Of a DNA stretch of 64,000 nucleotides, positions 29,710-39,767 are shown piece by piece. This stretch comes from Flavobacteriales bacterium (lineage in GTDB: Bacteria > Bacteroidota > Bacteroidia > Flavobacteriales > TMED113). The notes below the pieces were generated by a model. The model did not search any database. It saw only the letters and a program-made list of their open reading frames with translations, and was not told where the DNA came from. Numbering within the stretch: the first letter of the stretch is position 1; every line of letters starts with the position of its first letter. The translations under genes and the position numbers were made by a program. The DNA lies in contig PBCX01000004.1 in NCBI GenBank assembly GCA_002718035.1, forward strand, positions 49,441 through 113,440, read 5' to 3'.

Positions 29710-31040
29710 ACTTTTCCAGTGTAATTTTCTGGGTTGATTTTTAATAGTTCTTTTTTTATTTTATTATTAACTTTTAAATTATTAATAAAATTTTTAATTT
29801 CTAATTCTCCAATTTTATTATTGTTTCTAGTCAGCTCTTTTAAGAGTTCGTAAGGCTTTTCAAAACCTTCTCTTCTTAAAATAGTTTGAATTCCTTCGCT
29901 TACAACAAGCCAATTTTTACTTAGATCTTCTTTTATTTTTTTTTCATTAACTAATAACTTATTTAATCCTTTTATTAAATTTTTATATGAAATAAAACTG
30001 TGAGAAATAGGTACACCTAGATTTCTCATGACCGTAGAATCAGTTAGATCTCTTTGAAGTCTTGATATTGGTAGTTTTTCGGATAAATGTGATAATAAAG
30101 CATTAGCAACGCCTAAATTTCCTTCAGAGTTTTCAAAATCAATTGGGTTTATTTTATGTGGCATTGCAGAAGATCCAACCTCTTTTTTACTTACAATTTG
30201 TTTAAAATAATCGATAGAAATATATGTCCAAAAGTCTCTATTTAAATCTATGAGAATAGTGTTAATTCTTTTAATTGTGTCAAGTTGATTGGCTAAATTA
30301 TCATAATGTTCAATCTGAGTAGTAGGGTATGATCTAGATAAGCCAAAATTATTTAAGAATTTTTTGGAAAATTTATGCCAATCTATTTTGGGGTAAGAAA
30401 CATAATGAGCATTTAAGTTTCCAGTTGCGCCACCAAATTTACCGCAATGAGGAATTTTTTTTAAAAAATTATATTGATTTTTTATTCTTGATGAAAAAAC
30501 CTTTACTTCTTTTCCAAGTTTAGTGGGAGAAGCAGCCTGTCCGTGAGTTCTTGCAAGCATTGGGATATTTTTCCATTTCTGAACTAATTCGTCAAGCTTT
30601 TTAATCAAAGAATTTAAAAGTGGATAAATTTTTGTTTCTAAACTATCTTTGAATAAAAGTGGAGAAGCTGTATTATTTATGTCTTGAGATGTTAAACCAA
30701 AATGTATAAATTCTACATAATTTTTTAAACCAATTTCATCGAACTTTTCTTTAATAAAATACTCAACAGCTTTCACATCATGATTAATTTTTTTTTCAAT
30801 TTTTTTAACTTTTAAAATATCTTTTTCTGAAATGTTTAGATAAATTTTTTCAACCTCTTTAAGTTTAGCTTTTTTAATTTTTTTAAGATTAGGTATTACT
30901 TTGCATAATTCAATAAAGTAATAAATTTCAATTTTTATCCTGTATCTAATTAGACTTGCTTCAGAAAAAAAAATAGATAAGTCTTTAGTTGATTTAGAAT
31001 ATCTTCCATCAATTGGAGAAATTTGATTAATTGTGATCAT
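29706..31040 (-). CDS. purB: adenylosuccinate lyase
   Basis: 444 aa. It has SPIDGRY near the N-terminus and the fumarate-lyase signature GSSAMPHKINP. Confidence 0.93.
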   Translation of the reverse strand: MITINQISPIDGRYSKSTKDLSIFFSEASLIRYRIKIEIYYFIELCKVIPNLKKIKKAKLKEVEKIYLNISEKDILKVKKIEKKINHDVKAVEYFIKEKFDEIGLKNYVEFIHFGLTSQDINNTASPLLFKDSLETKIYPLLNSLIKKLDELVQKWKNIPMLARTHGQAASPTKLGKEVKVFSSRIKNQYNFLKKIPHCGKFGGATGNLNAHYVSYPKIDWHKFSKKFLNNFGLSRSYPTTQIEHYDNLANQLDTIKRINTILIDLNRDFWTYISIDYFKQIVSKKEVGSSAMPHKINPIDFENSEGNLGVANALLSHLSEKLPISRLQRDLTDSTVMRNLGVPISHSFISYKNLIKGLNKLLVNEKKIKEDLSKNWLVVSEGIQTILRREGFEKPYELLKELTRNNNKIGELEIKNFINNLKVNNKIKKELLKINPENYTGKV

Positions 31041-31098
31041 TTTTGTAGGATTATTTCAAGTCAAATTTAATAAAACAATGTATATACGTAATATTATT

Positions 31099-31593
31099 TT
31101 AAATATTTATTAAATCAGTGTATTTTGGTATTTTTTTAACAATTAAAGGTTTTTGATTTTCAACTTTGAAGCATAGGGTATTAATTCCATTTGTTATTAT
31201 TATATAATCAGCATTTATTTTATAGTTGTAATTTTGTACCTGATTAAAAGTTTTATTATTTAAATTAATTTTTTCAGATTTACACTCAATCAATAAGATT
31301 GCACTACCATTATTATTATAGCAAACTAGGTCTGTTCTTTTCTTTTGCTTATTAACTATCGTTAAATTTTCTGTCGACATCAATGATATGGGATATTCTT
31401 TTTCATTGTGCAAATATTCAATGAAGTTTTGCCTTACCCATTCTTCTGGAGTATTGATTATATATTTTTTTCTTATTGGGTCAAAGATATATTCTTTGTT
31501 ATCAATATATTTTTTTTTAATTGTATATTTCAATGTCAATTTTTTTTTTAAATTAAAAATACTTTTTTTTTTAAAACAATGAATTATTTTCAA
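31099..31593 (-). CDS. stand-alone type I restriction enzyme HsdR N-terminal-like (PD-(D/E)xK nuclease fold) protein
   Basis: 164 aa. It has the segment FDPIRKKYIINTPEEWVRQNFIEYL and the nuclease-like motif D(LVCY)...LIECKS. No ATG start exists. The TTG at 31593 is the ORF-track choice, and a TTG at 31539 is an alternative. Confidence 0.75.
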   Translation of the reverse strand: MKIIHCFKKKSIFNLKKKLTLKYTIKKKYIDNKEYIFDPIRKKYIINTPEEWVRQNFIEYLHNEKEYPISLMSTENLTIVNKQKKRTDLVCYNNNGSAILLIECKSEKINLNNKTFNQVQNYNYKINADYIIITNGINTLCFKVENQKPLIVKKIPKYTDLINI

Positions 31594-32586
31594 CTAATTG
31601 AAAAAATAAATAAAAAGTCTTTTTCACCGGTCAACTTATTAATTGGTGATGAACCGTATTTTATAAATCAAATTTGTAAATCATTTTTGGATAATGTTAT
31701 TGAGCCGGAAAATAAAGGCTTTAATGAAAAAATTATATACGCTGACAAAAAATTAAATGTTAATAATTTAATCTGTGAATTAAAGTCCTATCCAATCGTT
31801 GGTCATACACAATTATATATTTTAAAAAATATTGAAAATATATCAAAACTAGATTTGTTTGAAAGTTATTTTTCAAATCCTCAAGTTTCAACAATTTTAG
31901 TACTCTGTTTAAACAAAGATTTAAGGTCAGTTAAATCATTAAAAACAAAAAAATGGTATAAGCTAATCAATGATAATTTTGCAATTTTTGAAAGTAAAAA
32001 ATTATTTGAAAATCAAGTACCTAATTGGATTAATAAATATTTGGAAAATAAAGGCTATAAATCATCTATGAAAGCAAATATGATGTTAACAGAATTTTTG
32101 GGAAATGATTTAGAAAAAATAGTTAATGAAATTGATAAGTTGATGATTATTTTAGTGAAAAAAAATATTGATGAGTTTGATGTTGAAAAACACGTGGGAA
32201 TTAGTAGAAATTATAATTCTTTTGAATTACAAAAAACAGTTGCTTTAAAAGACTTCAGAAAATCCCATAGGATATTAACTTATTTAGTTGAAAACAAACA
32301 ACCTATTGTTTTAATTATTTCAAGTTTAAGTTCTTTTTTTATAAAATTAATAATTTTACATTCATTATCAGACAAGTCAAAGTTTTCAGCTTCTTCAAAA
32401 TTAAAAATCAATCCTTATTTTTTCTCCACCTATTCCCTAGCACTTAATAACTACTCTTTTGATAATTGTATTAAGATTATTAGTTACTTAAAAGAAGCAG
32501 ATTTAGCATCGAAAGGAATGCCAATAATGGAGAGTGCTAATCCTAAGTATTTACAACATCTTATTTTTAGAATTATTCATCAATAA
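31579..32586 (+). CDS. holA: DNA polymerase III subunit delta
   Basis: 335 aa. The N-terminal pattern (NLLIGDEPYFINQ) and the length fit HolA, as does the conserved pairing with the HsdR_N-like gene seen in Flavobacteriia. Confidence 0.85.
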   Translation: MNYFQLIEKINKKSFSPVNLLIGDEPYFINQICKSFLDNVIEPENKGFNEKIIYADKKLNVNNLICELKSYPIVGHTQLYILKNIENISKLDLFESYFSNPQVSTILVLCLNKDLRSVKSLKTKKWYKLINDNFAIFESKKLFENQVPNWINKYLENKGYKSSMKANMMLTEFLGNDLEKIVNEIDKLMIILVKKNIDEFDVEKHVGISRNYNSFELQKTVALKDFRKSHRILTYLVENKQPIVLIISSLSSFFIKLIILHSLSDKSKFSASSKLKINPYFFSTYSLALNNYSFDNCIKIISYLKEADLASKGMPIMESANPKYLQHLIFRIIHQ

Positions 32587-32624
32587 ACATCTCTTGTTTA
32601 TATAAAGATTATATATTTGTGGAC

Positions 32625-34919
32625 ATGATTAAAAAAAGTAGTTTTTTTATTTTATTTTTTTTTCCTTTATTAGTGTTCTGCCAATCTGAAACTATTAGAG
32701 GATTCGTTTATGAAGCATCTTCTTCTGAGCCAATTATTTTCGCTAACGTATCTATCAAAAACACAAATTTAGGATCAGTAACTGATGATAATGGTTATTT
32801 TATTTTCCCAAATATTTCACAAGGAGATTACATAATTGAAGTAGATTTTATTGGTTATCAAAAAAAAACAATTCCGATTAAAGTAGTTAGTGGCATAAAG
32901 TTAAAAGTTCAAAAAATATATTTAACCAAAACAAATTTAGAATTGGATGTTGTTGATTTGAGTACAGAAAAATCTGAAAATAAAAATATGGTTAATTCCT
33001 CGGTTATAAAATTAACTAGTAAAAATTTAAAGAAATTACCAAGTTTAGGTGGAGAAGTTGATTTAGCTCAATTTATTCAAGTTTTACCTGGCGTAGTTTT
33101 TACTGGTGACCAAGGTGGTAAGCTATATATCAGAGGAGGTGCCCCAATACATAATAAGGTACTCTTTGATGGAATGACAATTTACAATCCTTTTCATTCA
33201 ATTGGATTTTTTTCTGTTTTTGATAGTGATATAATTAAAAAAACTGATGTTTACACAGGAGGATTCCCAGCAAAATTCGGAGGACGTATATCATCAATTA
33301 TGAACATTAAAACTCGTGATGGAAATAAAAAGAAATTTAGTGGTAAATTATCAGCGAATACATTTAGTTCAAAATTATTATTAGAAGGTCCCTTTCTAGG
33401 AACGTCCAATGAAAATATCGAAACTTCTGCTATTTTTAGTTTAAGAAGCTCATATTTAGATAAGACATCAAAAAACTTTTACTCATATATTGATGATTAT
33501 GGTTTACCTTACTCTTTTACAGATACGTACGGTAAGATGTCAATATTTTCAAATAATGGAAGTAAGTTCAATATCTATGGATTTAACTTTATTGATAATG
33601 TAGATTACGATAACATAACTGATTTAAAATGGGATTCCTATGGAATAGGCACTAATTTTGTCTTGGTGCCAGGATCAGCGAAAATGTTGATTGAGGGTGA
33701 AGTTTCTTACTCAAACTATAAAATAAATGAAAAGTCATCTTTTGAAGATTTAACAAGTCAAATAAGTGGATTTAATCTAAATTTAGACTTTTCATATTTT
33801 ATGACTAAAGAAAGTGAAATTAGATACGGACTTCAAGTTTCTGGTTACAGTACGTCATTGGATTTAAAGAATCAGATGAATGTTTATTCACAAATAGATC
33901 ATTCAACAGATTTTGCTGCTTATGTTGATTATAATTTTTCAAAAAGCAGATTTGTAATTAACCCTGGGTTTAGATTTCAAAATTACACATCACTTGGTGA
34001 AAGTAGTTTTGAGCCAAGATTGTCTGTAAAATATAACTTAACTGAAAAAATGAGACTAAAAGCATCTGGAGGTTCTTTTTCTCAAAATTTAATTTCAACT
34101 AATGACGATTCAGATGTTGTAAGTTTATTTACTGGTTTTTTGTCTAGTACAGAAAATGTTCCAACTACTTTCCAGGGCGACGATATAACCTCTTTATTAC
34201 AAACAGCTACTCATTATGTAGTTGGTTTAGAATATGATTTATTAGAAAATTTAAATTTAAATATTGAAGGTTATTACAAAAAATTTAATCAGTTAATTGG
34301 AATTAATAGAAATAAATTTTTTGATGATATACCGGAATTTTCAAATGAGGAAGATTATCTAAAAAAAGACTTTATGATTGAAAGAGGAAATGCTATGGGA
34401 ATAGATTTTTTACTCAAATACAATACAAAGAAATTAAGCTTGTGGTCTGTTTACTCGTTTGGAATTGTAAATAGAGAAGATGAGATTCAAAGATATTCGC
34501 CACACTATGATAGAAATCACAATGTTAATTTGGTATTATCTTATCTAATAGGAAAGCGAAATTTATGGAATTTAAATTTAAGATGGAATTATGGTTCAGG
34601 ATTTCCATTTACTCAAACTAGAGCGTATTATGAAAATTTGAATTTTTCTGAAACAAGTAGTACAAATTTTAATACTAATAATGGTAATTTAGGAATTATA
34701 TACTCTGATTTAAATGGGGGGAGGCTTCCTGATTATCATAGATTAGATTTTTCTCTAACTAAAAAAATTAATTTAAAAAATAGTACCTTCATGGAAATTT
34801 CCCTTGGAGTAACAAATTTATATAATAGAAATAATATTTTTTATTATGATAGAGTTGATGCAGTAAGAATTAATCAACTACCAATAATGCCAAATATTGG
34901 TTTTAGTTGGTCGTTTTAG
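32625..34919 (+). CDS. TonB-dependent receptor with N-terminal carboxypeptidase-regulatory-like domain
   Basis: It has a signal peptide (MIKKSSFFILFFFPLLVFCQ), a CarbopepD_reg-like domain (GFVYEASSSEPIIFANVSI...DNGYFIFPNISQGDY), a plug region (LPGV...GGAPIHNKVLFDGMTIYNP) and a C-terminal beta-barrel ending in F. The ORF track starts 6 nt earlier, at a GTG. Confidence 0.88.
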   Translation: MIKKSSFFILFFFPLLVFCQSETIRGFVYEASSSEPIIFANVSIKNTNLGSVTDDNGYFIFPNISQGDYIIEVDFIGYQKKTIPIKVVSGIKLKVQKIYLTKTNLELDVVDLSTEKSENKNMVNSSVIKLTSKNLKKLPSLGGEVDLAQFIQVLPGVVFTGDQGGKLYIRGGAPIHNKVLFDGMTIYNPFHSIGFFSVFDSDIIKKTDVYTGGFPAKFGGRISSIMNIKTRDGNKKKFSGKLSANTFSSKLLLEGPFLGTSNENIETSAIFSLRSSYLDKTSKNFYSYIDDYGLPYSFTDTYGKMSIFSNNGSKFNIYGFNFIDNVDYDNITDLKWDSYGIGTNFVLVPGSAKMLIEGEVSYSNYKINEKSSFEDLTSQISGFNLNLDFSYFMTKESEIRYGLQVSGYSTSLDLKNQMNVYSQIDHSTDFAAYVDYNFSKSRFVINPGFRFQNYTSLGESSFEPRLSVKYNLTEKMRLKASGGSFSQNLISTNDDSDVVSLFTGFLSSTENVPTTFQGDDITSLLQTATHYVVGLEYDLLENLNLNIEGYYKKFNQLIGINRNKFFDDIPEFSNEEDYLKKDFMIERGNAMGIDFLLKYNTKKLSLWSVYSFGIVNREDEIQRYSPHYDRNHNVNLVLSYLIGKRNLWNLNLRWNYGSGFPFTQTRAYYENLNFSETSSTNFNTNNGNLGIIYSDLNGGRLPDYHRLDFSLTKKINLKNSTFMEISLGVTNLYNRNNIFYYDRVDAVRINQLPIMPNIGFSWSF

Positions 34920-34931
34920 TTTTTTTTTAAT

Positions 34932-36530
34932 ATGTCAAAATGTAAATATATTTTTGTAACCGGAGGTGTGACATCTTCATTAGGAAAAGGAATTGTTGCT
35001 TCCTCACTAGCAGTATTACTTCAAGGAAGAGGATTAAGAGTCACTATTCAAAAACTTGACCCCTATTTAAATGTCGACCCAGGAACCTTAAACCCATATG
35101 AGCACGGTGAATGCTTTGTAACAAATGATGGAGCTGAAACAGATTTAGATTTAGGTCATTATGAAAGATTTTTAAGTGAACCGATGTCAAAGAAAAACAA
35201 CGTTACAACTGGAAGTGTTTATGAAAAAATAATTAAAAGAGAACGTAAGGGAGATTTTTTAGGGAAAACTGTTCAAGTAATTCCACATGTAACGAATGAA
35301 ATAAAAAATAGAATTACGGCTTTAGCAACAAAAAACCATGATGTAATTATTACTGAGATTGGTGGAACAGTGGGGGACATAGAATCTTTACCCTATATTG
35401 AAACTGTTAGACAATTAAAATTTGAAAAAGGGTTAGATGCAATTGTTGTTCATTTGACTTTACTTCCATATTTAAGTGCGACAGAAGAATTAAAAACTAA
35501 ACCAACTCAACATTCTGTAAAAAGTTTATTACAACTCGGAGTTCAGCCTGATATATTAGTTTGCAGAGCAGAAAAAAACTTGGGAAAAAAATTAAAGGAT
35601 AAAATAGCTTTATTTTGTAATGTTAATTCTGATGCTGTTATTGAGTCAATTGATGCAAAAACAATTTATGATGTTCCGTTACTACTTGCTAAACAAAAAT
35701 TTGATTTAGTTGCTTTGGAAAAACTAAGTTTTAAAAATATTAAAAGGCTAAATTTAAGAAGGTGGAATGATTTTTTAACAAAATTAAAGAATCCTACTAA
35801 AACTGTTAATATTGCTATTGTAGGTAAATATGTTGAACTTAAAGATGCTTATAAATCTATATCTGAGGCATTAATTCACGGTGGAGTATATAATAGTTGT
35901 GATGTTAAAATCAAATGGATACACTCTGAAGATGTGAAAAAAAATAAAGTTAATTTAATTTTTAAAAATTGTTCTGGTATTGTAGTTGCTCCGGGTTTTG
36001 GTGAAAGAGGAATTAATGGAAAGTTAACTACTATTGAATACGCTAGAACAAAAAACATACCTTTTTTTGGTATATGTTTAGGAATGCAAATGGCGGTTGT
36101 TGAATATGCAAGAAATGTTTTAGGTTTTAAAAATGCTCACTCTACAGAAATTAATTCAAAAACTAAATTTCCAGTTATCGACTTAATGCAAGAACAAAAA
36201 GTTTTATTAAACAAGGGTGGAACCATGAGACTAGGATCTTATAAATGTAAGTTAAAAAAGAGTTCTAAGACTTTTCACGCTTACAAAAATGAAGATATTG
36301 AAGAAAGGCATAGACATAGATATGAGTTTAATAATGATTTTATTGAAAATTTCAAAAAGTCTGAAATGAAGTTTGTTGGTCATAATCCGAAATCTGGTTT
36401 AATTGAAATATTGGAGTTAAAAAATCACAGATGGTTTATTGGTGTTCAGTTTCACCCTGAATATAAAAGTACGGTGATAAATCCTCACCCTTTATTCAAG
36501 AGTTTTATAAAATCAACTTTAAAAAAATAA
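34932..36530 (+). CDS. pyrG: CTP synthase
   Basis: 532 aa. Motifs KYIFVTGGVTSSLGKG, GICLGMQ and HRHRYE are present. Confidence 0.95.
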   Translation: MSKCKYIFVTGGVTSSLGKGIVASSLAVLLQGRGLRVTIQKLDPYLNVDPGTLNPYEHGECFVTNDGAETDLDLGHYERFLSEPMSKKNNVTTGSVYEKIIKRERKGDFLGKTVQVIPHVTNEIKNRITALATKNHDVIITEIGGTVGDIESLPYIETVRQLKFEKGLDAIVVHLTLLPYLSATEELKTKPTQHSVKSLLQLGVQPDILVCRAEKNLGKKLKDKIALFCNVNSDAVIESIDAKTIYDVPLLLAKQKFDLVALEKLSFKNIKRLNLRRWNDFLTKLKNPTKTVNIAIVGKYVELKDAYKSISEALIHGGVYNSCDVKIKWIHSEDVKKNKVNLIFKNCSGIVVAPGFGERGINGKLTTIEYARTKNIPFFGICLGMQMAVVEYARNVLGFKNAHSTEINSKTKFPVIDLMQEQKVLLNKGGTMRLGSYKCKLKKSSKTFHAYKNEDIEERHRHRYEFNNDFIENFKKSEMKFVGHNPKSGLIEILELKNHRWFIGVQFHPEYKSTVINPHPLFKSFIKSTLKK

Positions 36531-36531
36531 T

Positions 36532-38364
36532 ATGGAACAAAAAGGATTTGATTTAAATTTTTTTATTGGTTTTATGTTAATAGGTTTTTTACTTGTTTTC
36601 ATGATGCAAACAACGTATGTTGAACCAATTGTTGGTTGTACTGACGCGAATGCGTTAAATTATAACCCGAATGCTACAATTTCAGAAAATGAAAACTGTA
36701 ATTATAAAGATGAGTTAGTAAATTCACCTACAAAAAAAGAAAATAAAATAATTAAAAATGAGACTATTAATTTATTAAATGATACAATCTCAATTATTAA
36801 GAACGAAAATTTAGAAATTCAATTTTCTAACAAGTGTGGGTGTTTTAAAGATGTGAAATTAATTACTAAATCAAATAATGATAATTCAAAATATAAGTAT
36901 TTATCACATGAATCAAATGATGTTAATGATTTTCCGGTAAAACTTGTTTCGAATAAAAATACTGTTATTTCACCAATAAATTTTGTTAAAAATAATAACA
37001 ATAATAAGTCATTTAAATCTTCTGAAGAATATTTTTTAATTGAAAAAATTTCAAATAATCAAATTATTTATAAACATCCTTCTACTGGTCACTTATTTAA
37101 ATACACACTATCAAAAAATAAACTTGACTTTGAAATAATTGGTGACTCAAAATATGCAAGTTTATTTTTTGATATTAGTGGTCCAAGGCAAGAAAAAAAT
37201 CTTAATTCTGGCTTTACCTCTGAAAGAAATTCTAGTAACTTAGCTTATTCTACTAATCAAGGGAAATATAAAAAGTTATCTTTTTCTGGAAATGATAAAG
37301 TTGATGATGAAACCGATCCGGTATCTTGGATCGCATATAAGCAACAATTTTTTTCTACTATAATTTCTTCAAATTATAAGTCTGGCTTTATTGTAGATTA
37401 CATGGAAATTATTGGCGATGATTTAGATTCTACTGTTGTTAAACAAATGAAATCAAAAATAAAATTATCAAAGAATAATTCTTTTTCATTTTTATTTGTG
37501 CCAAATGATTATAATTTTCTTAAAAATTTAAACTCACAAGAAAATGCAGCTGGTTTTGAAAATATAGTTGAGCTAGGATGGGGAATATTTGGCTGGGTTA
37601 ATCAATTTTTAGTAATTCCAATTTTTGACTTTTTAGAGAACCAAAGAATTGGGTATGGTCTAATTATTTTAGTTATAGCGCTAGTTTTTAAAATGTTATT
37701 GTATTTGCCTACAAAAAAGTCCTATGTTTCTATGGCAAAAATGAGGGTTTTAAAGCCTGAGCTTGATGAGCTAAATGAAAAATATAAGGATAAAGATCCT
37801 ATGGAAAAACAAAAAGCCCAAATGGATCTATATAAAAAAACTGGAGTTAGTCCACTTGGCGGGTGTCTTCCCATGCTTTTACAAATCCCAATTTTATTTG
37901 CACTATTCAAATTTTTCCCATCTTCAATTCAGTTGAGAAAACAACCTTTTTTATGGGCTGATGATTTGTCTACTTACGATGCTGTTTTAGAGTTTTCATT
38001 TTGGCCAGGTGTTTTTGAGCATTTAAGTTTATTTGCTTTATTAATGTCTTTTTCAACCGTTGTGCAAATGAAATTTAATGCCCAGCCAACAAATAGTCAA
38101 ATGCCTCAATTAAAGTACATGATGTATATTATGCCCGTTGTTTTTTTCTTTATTATGAATAGTTATTCATCTGGGCTAAGTTACTATTATCTTTTATCAA
38201 ATATTATTACTTTTTTACAACAGCTATATATTAAAAGAGGTTTAGATGAGAAAAAACTATATGCCCAACTTCAGGCTAATAAAACTCGACCTGTTAAAAA
38301 ATCAAACTTTCAAAAAAGATTAGAACAAATTGCAAAGCAACAACAAAGAAAAAGAAAAAATTAA
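36532..38364 (+). CDS. yidC: membrane protein insertase YidC (long Bacteroidota form)
   Basis: 610 aa. It has TM1, a large periplasmic domain and a C-terminal 60-kDa insertase core (GCLPMLLQIPILFALF). Residues 35-58 carry one copy of the Cys-flanked CTD..A.NY module. Confidence 0.92.
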   Translation: MEQKGFDLNFFIGFMLIGFLLVFMMQTTYVEPIVGCTDANALNYNPNATISENENCNYKDELVNSPTKKENKIIKNETINLLNDTISIIKNENLEIQFSNKCGCFKDVKLITKSNNDNSKYKYLSHESNDVNDFPVKLVSNKNTVISPINFVKNNNNNKSFKSSEEYFLIEKISNNQIIYKHPSTGHLFKYTLSKNKLDFEIIGDSKYASLFFDISGPRQEKNLNSGFTSERNSSNLAYSTNQGKYKKLSFSGNDKVDDETDPVSWIAYKQQFFSTIISSNYKSGFIVDYMEIIGDDLDSTVVKQMKSKIKLSKNNSFSFLFVPNDYNFLKNLNSQENAAGFENIVELGWGIFGWVNQFLVIPIFDFLENQRIGYGLIILVIALVFKMLLYLPTKKSYVSMAKMRVLKPELDELNEKYKDKDPMEKQKAQMDLYKKTGVSPLGGCLPMLLQIPILFALFKFFPSSIQLRKQPFLWADDLSTYDAVLEFSFWPGVFEHLSLFALLMSFSTVVQMKFNAQPTNSQMPQLKYMMYIMPVVFFFIMNSYSSGLSYYYLLSNIITFLQQLYIKRGLDEKKLYAQLQANKTRPVKKSNFQKRLEQIAKQQQRKRKN

Positions 38365-38862
38365 ATGAGTAATATAAATTTTATTTTAGTTTTTTTTTTA
38401 ATGCTTTTTAATATTCATTGTAATATTAAAAGTTTAAGTAGTGAATTTGACTCTAGCTCAAATTTAAATAATATTGAGATTGAAGAAAGATATACATTTG
38501 TAAAAATGAAGAGAACACCTTGTTTTGGTAAATGCCCATATTATGAATTTATTATCTTTTCAAATGGAGATGTTTTGTATGAAGGATTTAATTTTGTTGA
38601 AAAAATAGGTAAATTCAAAGGTAAGGTGAACATTAAAAAAATTGCCTTTATCAAAAAAAAATTAAAGGAAGTAGAATTTTTCAAATTTGATTCAGTATAC
38701 GATGCAGGAGTTTCTGATTTACCATCAACAATAATTGAAGTTAATGTAGACAATAAAAAACATAGAGTTAAAGGCAGATATAGAATGCCGCAAAAATTTA
38801 AAAATTTTTCAAAATTTATGGATGAAATTATTAATGATATTCAAACTTGGGAAAAATTATAA
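38365..38862 (+). CDS. DUF6438-like protein, probably a lipoprotein
   Basis: 165 aa with a signal sequence. The core RTPCFGKCPYYEFIIFSNGDVLYEG is typical of the family I recall as DUF6438. Confidence 0.65.
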   Translation: MSNINFILVFFLMLFNIHCNIKSLSSEFDSSSNLNNIEIEERYTFVKMKRTPCFGKCPYYEFIIFSNGDVLYEGFNFVEKIGKFKGKVNIKKIAFIKKKLKEVEFFKFDSVYDAGVSDLPSTIIEVNVDNKKHRVKGRYRMPQKFKNFSKFMDEIINDIQTWEKL

Positions 38863-39708
38863 ATCTATAAAATCTTTAATTTCCCCTTTTTTATTTACAA
38901 TAAATTTATTATTAAATTTTTTTACTGTGCAGCATTCGCTATAATAATCATGTTCTAAGAACAATATGTAGTTTTTTTCAGATGCCTCGCTTAAAAAATT
39001 TTCTTTTTCTTTCAAAGTTATAAGAGGTTGGACATCATAACTCATAACATAGGGTAGTGGAATATGGCCAGTTGAAGGTAATAAATCAGCGCAAAAAACT
39101 ATGGTTTTATTTTTGAAATTAATGAAGGGTATAATTTGTGCTTTTGTGTGACCGTGAAAAAATTTAATTTTGATTTCTTTGCTAAAGTTTCCTTCATTTA
39201 AAAAAAATAATTTGTTTTGTTCTTTAATTGGTAGAAAATTTTCTTTTAGAAAAGATGCTTTTTCCCTTTGATTTGGATTATTTGCCCATTTCCAATGTTC
39301 CTTATTTGTCCAGTATTTTGCATTTGGAAAAGCTAATTCGTAATTATTTTCTTTTTTTTCTACAGCTCCTCCACAGTGATCAAAGTGTAAATGAGTCAAA
39401 ATTACATCAGTAACTTTATTTGTTGAGAAGCCGGCTCTTTCAATTGATTGTTTTAAATTATATCTACCATGTAGATAAAAAAATGAAAAGAATTTTTCAC
39501 TTTGTTTATTTCCAATTCCAGTATCAATTAATATTAATTTATCATCTAGTTCAATTAATAGACATCTCATTGCCCAAGAACACATATTATTATCATCTGC
39601 TGGATTAGTTCTTTCCCATAAAGATTTTGGTACAACTCCAAACATTGCTCCACCATCTAATTTAAATAGACCAGAATTTATTGGAAATACTTTCATTTTC
39701 AATTGCAA
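38857..39708 (-). CDS. MBL-fold metallo-hydrolase
   Basis: 283 aa with the metal-binding motif THLHFDHCGG plus downstream His and Asp ligands. Confidence 0.85.
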   Translation of the reverse strand: MQLKMKVFPINSGLFKLDGGAMFGVVPKSLWERTNPADDNNMCSWAMRCLLIELDDKLILIDTGIGNKQSEKFFSFFYLHGRYNLKQSIERAGFSTNKVTDVILTHLHFDHCGGAVEKKENNYELAFPNAKYWTNKEHWKWANNPNQREKASFLKENFLPIKEQNKLFFLNEGNFSKEIKIKFFHGHTKAQIIPFINFKNKTIVFCADLLPSTGHIPLPYVMSYDVQPLITLKEKENFLSEASEKNYILFLEHDYYSECCTVKKFNNKFIVNKKGEIKDFIDL

Positions 39709-39767
39709 TTACAATATTAAAAAAATTAATTATTAATTCTATAAACATAAGTTTTATATTTATAATT

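Noticed and set aside
31579-31593. Apparent 15-nt overlap of the 5' ends of the divergent HsdR_N-like gene and holA.
   Set aside because: This is probably a start-codon calling artefact. The minus-strand ORF has no ATG, and the track simply takes the most upstream TTG. A TTG at 31539 gives an N-terminus whose length matches family members and removes the overlap.
32612-32619. A TATATTTG (-7-like) motif ending 5 nt before the TonB-dependent receptor ATG, hinting at a leaderless mRNA.
   Set aside because: There is no matching -33 TTTG at proper spacing. The motif is short and AT-rich. The gene may be co-transcribed with holA, which lies 38 nt upstream. The evidence is too weak to call.
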